Below are positions 39,801 to 51,800 of a DNA stretch of 64,000 nt, piece by piece. This stretch comes from Utricularia gibba (Eukaryota; Plantae; Magnoliophyta): assembly GCA_002189035.1 (NCBI GenBank), contig NEEC01000107.1, positions 62,001 through 126,000 on the forward strand. Direction: 5' to 3'. Numbering within the stretch: the stretch's first letter is position 1; each line of letters opens with the position of its first letter. The notes beneath the pieces are model-generated. The model was not told the origin of the DNA, ran no database searches, and saw only the letters and a program-made list of their open reading frames with translations. A program made the position numbers and the translations under genes.

Positions 39801-42800
39801 TTCGTCGAATAGGACCCGATTGGGCTCAGGAGTCGAACCGAACCTTGGGTCCGGATGAATTTCCAACAAAAGCACCCACCCAAAAACGACAAGCTTTTCC
39901 TTCAGAAACCATGTAGGCAGCTGCCGAAAACCCAACGTTAATAAATGGATCACTTTTTTGCCGGGCTACAAATGACTATGGGCCCGAGCCCGACCTGACC
40001 TCCGGCCCGATCCTAGTGCCCCTCGAGAGCGCCTCCTCAAATATAAAGCTTGTGGACAAGAAAACCATTTGGGGTGCTCATGACATCCTAACTTCAAAAA
40101 ATGCATCACGATTTTCGTCGAATAGGACCCATTGGGCTCAGGAGTCGAACCGAACCTTGGGTCCGGATGAACTTCCCAACGAAAGCACCCACCCAAAAAC
40201 GACAAGCTTTTCCTTCAGAAACAATGTAGGCAGCTGCCGAAAACCCAACGTTAATAAATGGATCACTTTTTTGCCGGGCTACAAATGACTATGGGCCGAG
40301 CCCGACCGACCTCCGGCCCGATCCTGTGCCCTCGAGAGCGCCTCAAATATAAAGCTTGTGGACAAGAAAACCATTTGGGGTGCTCATGACATCCTAACTT
40401 CAAAAATGCATCACGATTTTCGTCGAATAGGACCCGATTGGGCTCAGGAGTCGAACGAACCTTGGGTCCGGACGAACTTCCCAACGAAAGCACCACCCAA
40501 AAACGACAAGCTTTTCCTTCAGAAACCATGTAGGCAGCTGCCGAAAACCCAACGTTAATAAATGGATCACTTTTTCCGGGCTACAAATGACTATGGGCCG
40601 AGCCCGATGACCTCCGGCCCGATCCTGGTGCCCCTCGAGAGCGCCTCCTCAAATATAAAGCTTGTGGAGAAAACCATTTGGGGTGCTCATGACATCCTAA
40701 CTTCAAAAAATGCATCACGATTTTCGTCGAATAGGACCTTGGGCTCAGGAGTCGAACCGAACCTTGGGTCGGATGAATTCCCAAAAAGCACCCACCCAAA
40801 AACGACAAGCTTTTCCTTCAGAAACCATGTAGGCAGCTGCCGAAAACCCAACGTTAATAAATGGATCACTTTTTTGCCGGGCTACAAATGACTATGGGCC
40901 CAGAGATGACCTCCGGCCCGATCCTGTGCCCCTCGAGAGCGCCTCTCAAATATAAAGCTGTGGTTGAGAAAACCATTTGGGGTGCTCATGACATCCTAAC
41001 TTCAAAAAATGCATCACGATTTTCGTCGAATAGGACCCGATTGGGCTCAGGAGTCGAACCGAACCTTGGGTCCGGACGAATTCCCAACAAAGCACCCACC
41101 CAAAAACGACAAGCTTTTCCTTCAGAAACCATGTAGGCAGCTGCCGAAAACCCAACGTTAATAAATGGATCACTTTTTTGCCGGGCTACAAATGACTATG
41201 GGCCCGAGCCCGACCGACCTCCGGCCCGATCCTGGTGCCCCTCGAGAGCGCCTCCTCAAATAAAAGCTTGTGGACAAGAAAACCATTTGGGGTGCTCATG
41301 ACATCCTAACTTCAAAAAATGCATCACGATTTTCGTCGAATAGGACCCGATTGGGCTCAGGAGTCGAACAGAACCTTGGGTCCGGATGAACTTCCAACGA
41401 AAGCACCCACCCAAAAACGACAAGCTTTTCCTTCAGAAACAATGTAGGCAGCTGCCGAAAACCCAACGTTAATAAATGGATCACTTTTTTTGCCGGGCTA
41501 CAAATGACTATGGGCCCGAGGACCGACTCCGGCCCGATCCTGCCCCTCGAGAGCGCCTCCTCAAATATAAAGCTTGTGGATGAGAAAACATTTGGGGTGC
41601 TCATGACATCCTAACTTCAAAAAATGCATCACGATTTTCGTCGAATAGGACCCGATTGGGCTCAGGAGTCGAACCGAACCTTGGGTCCGGACGAATTTCC
41701 CAACAACAGCACCACCCCAAAAACGACAAGCTTTTCCTTCAGAAACCATGTAGGCAGCTGCCGAAAACCCAACGTTAATAAATGGATCACTTTTTTTGCC
41801 GGGCTACAAATGACTATGGGCCGAGCCCGACCTGACCTCCGGCCCGATCCTAGTGCCCCTCGAGAGCGCCTCCTCAAATATAAAGCTTGTGGAGAAAACC
41901 ATTTGGGTGCTCATGACATCCTAACTTCAAAAATGCATCACGATTTTCGTCGAATAGGACCCGATTGGGCTCAGGAGTCGAACAGAACCTTGGGTCCGGA
42001 TGAACTTCCCAACGAAAGCACCCACCCAAAAACGACAAGCTTTTCCTTCAGAAACAATGTAGGCAGCTGCCGAAAACCCAACGTTAATAAATGGATCACT
42101 TTTTTGCCGGGCTACAAATGACTATGGGCCGAGCCCGACGGACCTCCGGCCCGATCCTGGTGCCCCTCGAGAGCGCCTCCTCAAATATAAAGCTTGTGGA
42201 CAAGAAAACCATTTGGGGTGCTCATGACATCCTAACTTCAAAAAATGCATCACGATTTTCGTCGAATAGGACCCGATTGGGCTCAGGAGTCGAACAGAAC
42301 CTTGGGTCCGGATGAACTTCCCAACGAAAGCACCCACCCAAAAACGACAAGCTTTTCCTTCAGAAACCATGTAGGCAGCTGCCGAAAACCCAACGTTAAT
42401 AAATGGATCACTTTTTTGCCGGGCTACAAATGACTATGGGCCCGAGCCCGACCTGACCTCCGGCCCGATCCTGGTGCCCCTCGAGAGCGCCTCCTCAAAT
42501 AAAAAGCTTGTGGAAAGAAAACCATTTGGGTGCTCATGACATCCTAACTTCAAAAAATGCATCACGATTTTCGTCGAATAGGACCCCATTGGGCTCAGGA
42601 GTCGAACCGAACCTTGGGTCCGGACGAACTTCCCAACGAAAGCACCCACCAAAAACGACAAGCTTTTCCTTCAGAAACCATGTAGGCAGCTGCCGAAAAA
42701 CCCAACGTTAATAAATGGATCACTTTTTTTGCCGGGCTACAAATGACTATGGGCCCGAGCGACCCGACCTCCGGCCCGATCCTAGTGCCCCTCGAGAGCG

Positions 42801-45800
42801 CCTCCTCAAATATAAAGCTTGTGGACAAAAAACCATTTGGGGTGCTCATGACATCCTAACTTCAAAAAATGCATCACGATTTTCGTCGAATAGGACCGAT
42901 TGGGCTCAGGAGTCGAACCGAACCTTGGGTCCGGACGAATTTCCCAACAAAAGCACCCACCCAAAAACGACAAGCTTTTCCTTCAGAAACCATGTAGGCA
43001 GGTGCCGAAAACCCAACGTTAATAAATGGATCACTTTTTTTGCCGGGCTACAAATGACTATGGGCCGAGCCCGACCTGACCTCCGGCCCGATCCTGGTGC
43101 CCCTCGAGAGCGCCTCCTCAAATATAAAGCTTGTGGACAAGAAAACCATTTGGGGTGCTCATGACATCCTAACTTCAAAAAATGCATCACGATTTTCGTC
43201 GAATAGGACCCCATTGGGCTCAGGAGTCGAACCGAACCTTGGGTCCGGATGAACTTCCCAACGAAAGCACCCACCCAAAAACGACAAGCTTTTCCTTCAG
43301 AAACAATGTAGGCAGCTGCCGAAAACCCAACGTTAATAAATGGATCACTTTTTTTGCCGGGCTACAAATGACTATGGGCCGAGCCCGACCTGACCTCCGG
43401 CCCGATCCTGGTGCCCCTCGAGAGCGCCTCCTCAAATATAAAGCTTGTGGACAAGAAAACCATTTGGGGTGCTCATGACATCCTAACTTCAAAAAATGCA
43501 TCACGATTTTCGTCGAATAGGACCCCATTGGGCTCAGGAGTCGAACCGAACCTTGGGTCCGGATGAACTTCCCAACGAAAGCACCCACCCAAAAAACGAC
43601 AAGCTTTTCCTTCAGAAAACCATGTAGCAGCTGCCGAAAACCCAACGTTAATAAATGGATCACTTTTTTGCCGGGCTACAAATGACTATGGGCCGAGCCG
43701 ACCCGACCTCCGGCCCGATCCTAGTGCCCCTCGAGAGCGCCTCCTCAAATATAAAGCTTGTGGTTGAGAAAACCATTTGGGGTGCTCATGACATCCTAAC
43801 TTCAAAAAATGCATCACGATTTTCGTCGAATAGGACCCATTGGCTCAGGAGTCGAACCGAACCTTGGGTCCGGACGAACTTCCCAACGAAAGCACCCACC
43901 CAAAAACGACAAGCTTTTCCTTCAAACCATGTAGGCAGCTGCCGAAAACCCAACGTTAATAAATGGATCACTTTTTTGCCGGGCTACAAATGACTATGGG
44001 CCGAGCCCGACCGACCTCCGGCCCGATCCTGTGCCCCTCGAGAGCGCCTCCTCAAATATAAAGCTTGTGGACAAGAAAACCATTTGGGGTGCTCATGACA
44101 TCCTAACTTCAAAAAATGCATCACGATTTTCGTCGAATAGGACCCGATTGGGCTCAGGAGTCGAACCGAACCTTGGGTCCGGATGAACTTCCCAACGAAA
44201 GCACCCACCCAAAAACGACAAGCTTTTCCTTCAGAAACCATGTAGGCAGCCGAAAACCCAACGTTAATAAATGGATCACTTTTTTTGCCGGGCTACAAAT
44301 GACTATGGGGCCGAGCCCGACCGACCTCCGGCCCGATCCTAGTGCCCCTCGAGAGCGCCTCCTCAAATAAAAAGCATGTGGTTGAGAAAACCATTTGGGG
44401 TGCTCATGACATCCTAACTTCAAAAAATGCATCACGATTTTCGTCGAATAGGACCCGATTGGGCTCAGGAGTCGAACCGAACCTTGGGTCCGGACGAATT
44501 CCAACAAAGCACCCACCCAAAAACGACAAGCTTTTCCTTCAGAAACCATGTAGGCAGCTGCCGAAAACCCAACGTTAATAAATGGATCACTTTTTTTGCC
44601 GGGCTACAAATGACTATGGGCCGAGCCCGACCCGACCTCCGGCCCGATCCTGGTGCCCCTCGAGAGCGCCTCCTCAAATATAAAGCTTGTGGAAAACCAT
44701 TTGGGGTGCTCATGACATCCTAACTTCAAAAAATGCATCACGATTTTCGTCGAATAGGACCCGATTGGGCTCAGGAGTCGAACGAACCTTGGGTCCGGAT
44801 GAACTTCCCAACGAAAGCACCCACCCAAAAACGACAAGCTTTTCCTTCAGAAACATGTAGGCAGCTGCCGAAAACCCAACGTTAAAAATGGATCACTTTT
44901 TTTGCCGGGCTACAAATGACTATGGGCCGAGCCCGACCCGACCTCCGGCCCGATCCTAGTGCCCCTCGAGAGCGCCTCCTCAAATATAAAGCTTGTGGAG
45001 AAAACCATTTGGGGTGCTCATGACATCCTAACTTCAAAAAATGCATCACGATTTTCGTCGAATAGGACCCGATTGGGCTCAGGAGTCGAACGAACCTTGG
45101 GTCCGGATGAACTTCCCAAAAAGCACCCACCCAAAAACGACAAGCTTTTCCTTCAGAAACCATGTAGGCAGCTGCCGAAAACCCAACGTTAATAAATGGA
45201 TCACTTTTTTTGCCGGGCTACAAATGACTATGGGGCCGAGCCCGACCGACCTCCGGCCCGATCCTGGTGCCCCTCGAGAGCGCCTCCTCAAAATAAAGCT
45301 TGTGGACAAGAAAACCATTTGGGGTGCTCATGACATCCTAACTTCAAAAATGCATCACGATTTTCGTCGAATAGGACCCGATTGGGCTCAGGAGTCGAAC
45401 CGAACCTTGGGTCCGGATGAACTTCCCAACGAAAGCACCCACCCAAAAACGACAAGCTTTTCCTTCAGAAACCATGTAGGCAGCTGCCGAAAACCCAACG
45501 TTAATAAATGGATCACTTTTTTTGCCGGGCTACAAATGACTATGGGCCCGAGCGACGACCTCCGGCCCGATCCTAGTGCCCCTCGAGAGCGCCTCCTCAA
45601 ATAAAAAGCTTGTGGTTGAGAAAACCATTTGGGGTGCTCATGACATCCTAACTTCAAAAAATGCATCACGATTTCGTCGAATAGGACCCGATTGGGCTCA
45701 GGAGTCGAACCGAACCTTGGGTCCGGACGAATTCCAACAAAGCACCCACCCAAAAACGACAAGCTTTTCCTTCAAACCATGTAGGCAGCTGCCGAAAACC

Positions 45801-48800
45801 CAACGTTAATAAATGGATCACTTTTTTTGCCGGGCTACAAATGACTATGGGCCGAGCCCGACCCGACCTCCGGCCCGATCCTGGTGCCCCTCGAGAGCGC
45901 CTCCTCAAATATAAAGCTTGTGGATGAGAAAACCATTTGGGGTGCTCATGACATCCTAACTTCAATAAATGCATCACGATTTTCGTCGAATAGGACCCAT
46001 TGGGCTCAGGAGTCGAACGAACCTTGGGTCCGGATGAACTTCCAACGAAAGCACCCACCCAAAAAACGAAGCTTTTCCTTCAGAAACATGTAGGCAGCTG
46101 CCGAAAACCCAACGTTAATAAATGGATCACTTTTTTTGCCGGGCTACAAATGACTATGGGCCCGAGCCCGACCGACCTCCGGCCCGATCCTAGTGCCCCT
46201 CGAGAGCGCCTCCTCAAATATAAAGCTTGTGGAGAAAACCATTTGGGGTGCTCATGACATCCTAACTTCAATAAATGCATCACGATTTTCGTCGAATAGG
46301 ACCCGATTGGGCTCAGGAGTCGAACCGAACCTTGGGTCCGGACGAATTTCCCAACAAAGCACCCACCCAAAAACGACAAGCTTTTCCTTCAGAAACCATG
46401 TAGGCAGCTGCCGAAAACCCAACGTTAATAAATGGATCACTTTTTTTGCCGGGCTACAAATGACTATGGGCCCGAGCCCGACCGACCTCCGGCCCGATCC
46501 TGTGCCCCTCGAGAGCGCCTCCTCAAATATAAAGCTTGTGGTGAGAAAACCATTTGGGGTGCTCATGACATCCTAACTTCAAAAAATGCATCACGATTTT
46601 CGTCGAATAGGACCCGATTGGGCTCAGGAGTCGAACGAACCTTGGGTCCGGACGAACTTCCCAACGAAAGCACCCACCCAAAAACGACAAGCTTTTCCTT
46701 CAGAAACCATGTAGGCAGCTGCCGAAAACCCAACGTTAATAAATGGATCACTTTTTTGCCGGGCTACAAATGACTATGGGCCCGAGCCCGACCGACCTCC
46801 GGCCCGATCCTGGTGCCCCTCGAGAGCGCCTCCTCAAATATAAAGCTTGTGGAGAAAACCATTTGGGGTGCTCATGACATCCTAACTTCAAAAAATGCAT
46901 CACGATTTTCGTCGAATAGGACCCCGATGGGCTCAGGAGTCGAACCGAACCTTGGGTCCGGATGAACTTCCAACGAAAGCACCCACCCAAAAACGACAAG
47001 CTTTTCCTTCAGAAACATGTAGGCAGCTGCCGAAAACCCAACGTTAATAAATGGATCACTTTTTTTGCCGGGCTACAAATGACTATGGGCCCGAGTTCGA
47101 CCCGACCTCCGGCCCGATCCTAGTGCCCCTCGAGAGCGCCTCCTCAAATATAAAGCTTGTGGTTGAGAAAACCATTTGGGGTGCTCATGACATCCTAACT
47201 TCAAAAAAATGCATCACGATTTCGTCGAATAGGACCCGATTGGGCTCAGGAGTCGAACCGAACCTTGGGTCCGGACGAACTTCCAACAAAGCACCCACCC
47301 AAAAACGACAAGCTTTTCCTTCAGAAACCATGTAGGCAGCTGCCGAAAACCCAACGTTAATAAATGGATCACTTTTTTTGCCGGGCTACAAATGACTATG
47401 GGCCCGAGCCCGACCCGACCTCCGGCCCGATCCTAGTGCCCTCGAGAGCGCCTCCTCAAATATAAAGCTTGTGGATGAGAAAACCATTTGGGGTGCTCAT
47501 GACATCCTAACTTCAAAAAATGCATCACGATTTTCGTCGAATAGGACCCGATTGGGCTCAGGAGTCGAACGAACCTTGGGTCCGGACGAACTTCCCAACA
47601 AAGCACCCACCCAAAAACGACAAGCTTTTCCTTCAGAAACCATGTAGGCAGCTGCCGAAAACCCAACGTTAATAAATGGATCACTTTTTTGCCGGGCTAC
47701 AAATGACTATGGGGCCGAGCCCGACCGACCTCCCCGATCCTGGTGCCCCTCGAGAGCGCCTCCTCAAATATAAAGCTTGTGGACAAGAAAACCATTTGGG
47801 GTGCTCATGACATCCTAACTTCAAAAAATGCATCACGATTTTCGTCGAATAGGACCCGATTGGGCTCAGGAGTCGAACCGAACCTTGGGTCCGGATGAAT
47901 TCCCAACGAAAGCACCCACCCAAAAACGACAAGCTTTTCCTTCAGAAACCATGTAGGCAGCTGCCGAAAACCCAAACGTTAATAAATGGATCACTTTTTT
48001 TGCCGGGCTACAAATGACTATGGGCCCGAGTTCGACCGACCTCCGGCCCGATCCTAGTGCCCCTCGAGAGCGCCTCCTCAAATAAAAAGCTTGTGGTTGA
48101 GAAAACCATTTGGGGTGCTCATGACATCCTAACTTCAAAAATGCATCACGATTTTCGTCGAATAGGACCCGATTGGGCTCAGGAGTCGAACCGAACCTTG
48201 GGTCCGGACGAACTTCCAACAAAGCACCCACCAAAAACGACAAGCTTTTCCTTCAGAAACCATGTAGGCAGCTGCCGAAAACCCAACGTTAATAAATGGA
48301 TCACTTTTTTTGCCGGGCTACAAATGACTATGGGCCCGAGCCCGACCCGACCTCCGGCCCGATCCTGGTGCCCCTCGAGAGCGCCTCCTCAAATATAAAG
48401 CTTGTGGACAAGAAAACCATTTGGGGTGCTCATGACATCCTAACTTCAAAAAATGCATCACGATTTTCGTCGAATAGGACCCGATTGGGCTCAGGAGTCG
48501 AACGAACCTTGGGTCCGGATGAACTTCCCAACGAAAGCACCCACCCAAAAACGACAAGCTTTTCCTTCAGAAACATGTAGGCAGCTGCCGAAAACCCAAC
48601 GTTAATAAATGGATCACTTTTTTTGCCGGGCTACAAATGACTATGGGCCCGAGCCCGACCGACCTCCGGCCCGATCCTGGTGCCCCTCGAGAGCGCCTCC
48701 TCAAATATAAAGCTTGTGGAGAAAACCATTTGGGGTGCTCATGACATCCTAACTTCAATAAATGCATCACGATTTTCGTCGAATAGGACCCGATTGGGCT

Positions 48801-51800
48801 CAGGAGTCGAACCGAACCTTGGGTCCGGATGAATTTCCAACAAAGCACCCACCCAAAAACGACAAGCTTTTCCTTCAAAACCATGTAGGCAGCTGCCGAA
48901 AACCCAACGTTAATAAATGGATCACTTTTTTGCCGGGCTACAAATGACTATGGGCCGAGCCCGACCGACCTCCGGCCCGATCCTAGTGCCCCTCGAGAGC
49001 GCCTCCTCAAATATAAAGCTTGTGGTGAGAAAACCATTTGGGGTGCTCATGACATCCTAACTTCAAAAAATGCATCACGATTTTCGTCGAATAGGACCCG
49101 ATTGGGCTCAGGAGTCGAACGAACCTTGGGTCCGGATGAATTCCCAACGAAAGCACCCACCAAAAACGACAAGCTTTTCCTTCAGAAACATGTAGGCAGT
49201 GCCGAAAACCCAACGTTAATAAATGGATCACTTTTTTGCCGGGCTACAAATGACTATGGGGCCGAGCCCGACCGACCTCCGGCCCGATCCTGGTGCCCCT
49301 CGAGAGCGCCTCCTCAAATATAAAGCTTGTGGACAAGAAAACCATTTGGGGTGCTCATGACATCCTAACTTCAAAAAATGCATCACGATTTTCGTCGAAT
49401 AGGACCCGATTGGGCTCAGGAGTCGAACGAACCTTGGGTCCGGATGAACTTCCCAACGAAAGCACCCACCCAAAAACGACAAGCTTTTCCTTCAGAAACA
49501 TGTAGGCAGCTGCCGAAAACCCAACGTTAATAAATGGATCACTTTTTTTGCCGGGCTACAAATGACTATGGGCCCGAGCCCGACCGACCTCCGGCCCGAT
49601 CCTAGTGCCCCTCGAGAGCGCCTCCTCAAATATAAAGCTTGTGGAGAAAACCATTTGGGGTGCTCATGACATCCTAACTTCAAAAAATGCATCACGATTT
49701 TCGTCGAATAGGACCCGATTGGGCTCAGGAGTCGAACCGAACCTTGGGTCCGGATGAACTTCCCAACGAAAGCACCCACCCAAAAACGACAAGCTTTTCC
49801 TTCAGAAACCATGTAGGCAGCTGCCGAAAACCCAACGTTAATAAATGGATCACTTTTTTTGCCGGGCTACAAATGACTATGGGCCCGAGCCCGACCGACC
49901 TCCGGCCCGATCCTAGTGCCCCTCGAGAGCGCCTCCTCAAATATAAAGCTTGTGGAGAGAAAACCATTTGGGGTGCTCATGACATCCTAACTTCAAAAAA
50001 TGCATCACGATTTTCGTCGAATAGGACCCGATTGGGCTCAGGAGTCGAACCGAACCTTGGGTCCGGACGAACTTCCCAACAAAGCACCCACCCAAAAACG
50101 ACAAGCTTTTCCTTCAGAAACCATGTAGGCAGCTGCCGAAAACCCAACGTTAATAAATGGATCACTTTTTTGCCGGGCTACAAATGACTATGGGCCGAGC
50201 CCGACCGACCTCCGGCCCGATCCTGGTGCCCCTCGAGAGCGCCTCCTCAAATATAAAGCTTGTGGATGAGAAAACCATTTGGGGTGCTCATGACATCCTA
50301 ACTTCAAAAAATGCATCACGATTTTTCGTCGAATAGGACCCGATTGGGCTCAGGAGTCGAACCGAACCTTGGGTCCGGACGAACTTCCAACAAAGCACCC
50401 ACCCAAAAACGACAAGCTTTTCCTTCAGAAACCATGTAGGCAGCTGCCGAAAACCCAACGTTAATAAATGGATCACTTTTTTTGCCGGGCTACAAATGAC
50501 TATGGGCCGAGCCCGACCGACCTCCGGCCCGATCCTGGTGCCCCTCGAGAGCGCCTCCTCAAATATAAAGCTTGTGGAGAGAAAACCATTTGGGGTGCTC
50601 ATGACATCCTAACTTCAAAAAATGCATCACGATTTTCGTCGAATAGGACCCGATTGGGCTCAGGAGTCGAACGAACCTTGGGTCCGGATGAACTTCCCAA
50701 CGAAAGCACCCACCCAAAAACGACAAGCTTTTCCTTCAGAAACAATGTAGGCAGCTGCCGAAAACCCAACGTTAATAAATGGATCACTTTTTTTGCCGGG
50801 CTACAAATGACTATGGGCCCGAGCCCGACCGACCTCCGGCCGATCCTAGTGCCCCTCGAGAGCGCCTCCTCAAATATAAAGCTTGTGGAAGAAAACCATT
50901 TGGGGTGCTCATGACATCCTAACTTCAAAAAATGCATCACGATTTTCGTCGAATAGGACCCGATTGGGCTCAGGAGTCGAACCGAACCTTGGGTCCGGAT
51001 GAACTTCCCAACAAAGCACCCACCCAAAAACGACAAGCTTTTCCTTCAGAAACCATGTAGGCAGCTGCCGAAAACCCAACGTTAATAAATGGATCACTTT
51101 TTTTGCCGGGCTACAAATGACTATGGGCCCGAGCCGACCCGACCTCCGGCCCGATCCTAGTGCCCCTCGAGAGCGCCTCCTCAAATATAAAGCTTGTGGA
51201 TGAGAAAACCATTTGGGGTGCTCATGACATCCTAACTTCAATAAATGCATCACGATTTTCGTCGAATAGGACCCGATTGGGCTCAGGAGTCGAACGAACC
51301 TTGGGTCCGGATGAACTTCCAACAAAGCACCCACCCAAAAACGACAAGCTTTTCCTTCAAAACATGTAGGCAGCTGCCGAAAACCCAACGTTAAAATGGA
51401 TCACTTTTTTGCCGGGCTACAAATGACTATGGGCCGAGCCGACCCGACCTCCGGCCGATCCTGGTGCCCTCGAGAGCGCCTCCTCAAATATAAAGCTTGT
51501 GGAGAAAACCATTTGGGGTGCTCATGACATCCTAACTTCAAAAAATGCATCACGATTTTCGTCGAATAGGACCCGATTGGGCTCAGGAGTCGAACGAACC
51601 TTGGGTCCGGATGAACTTCCCAACGAAAGCACCCACCCAAAAACGACAAGCTTTTCCTTCAGAAACCATGTAGGCAGCTGCCGAAAACCCAACGTTAATA
51701 AATGGATCACTTTTTTGCCGGGCTACAAATGACTATGGGCCGAGCCCGACCGACCTCCGGCCCGATCCTGGTGCCCCTCGAGAGCGCCTCCTCAAATATA

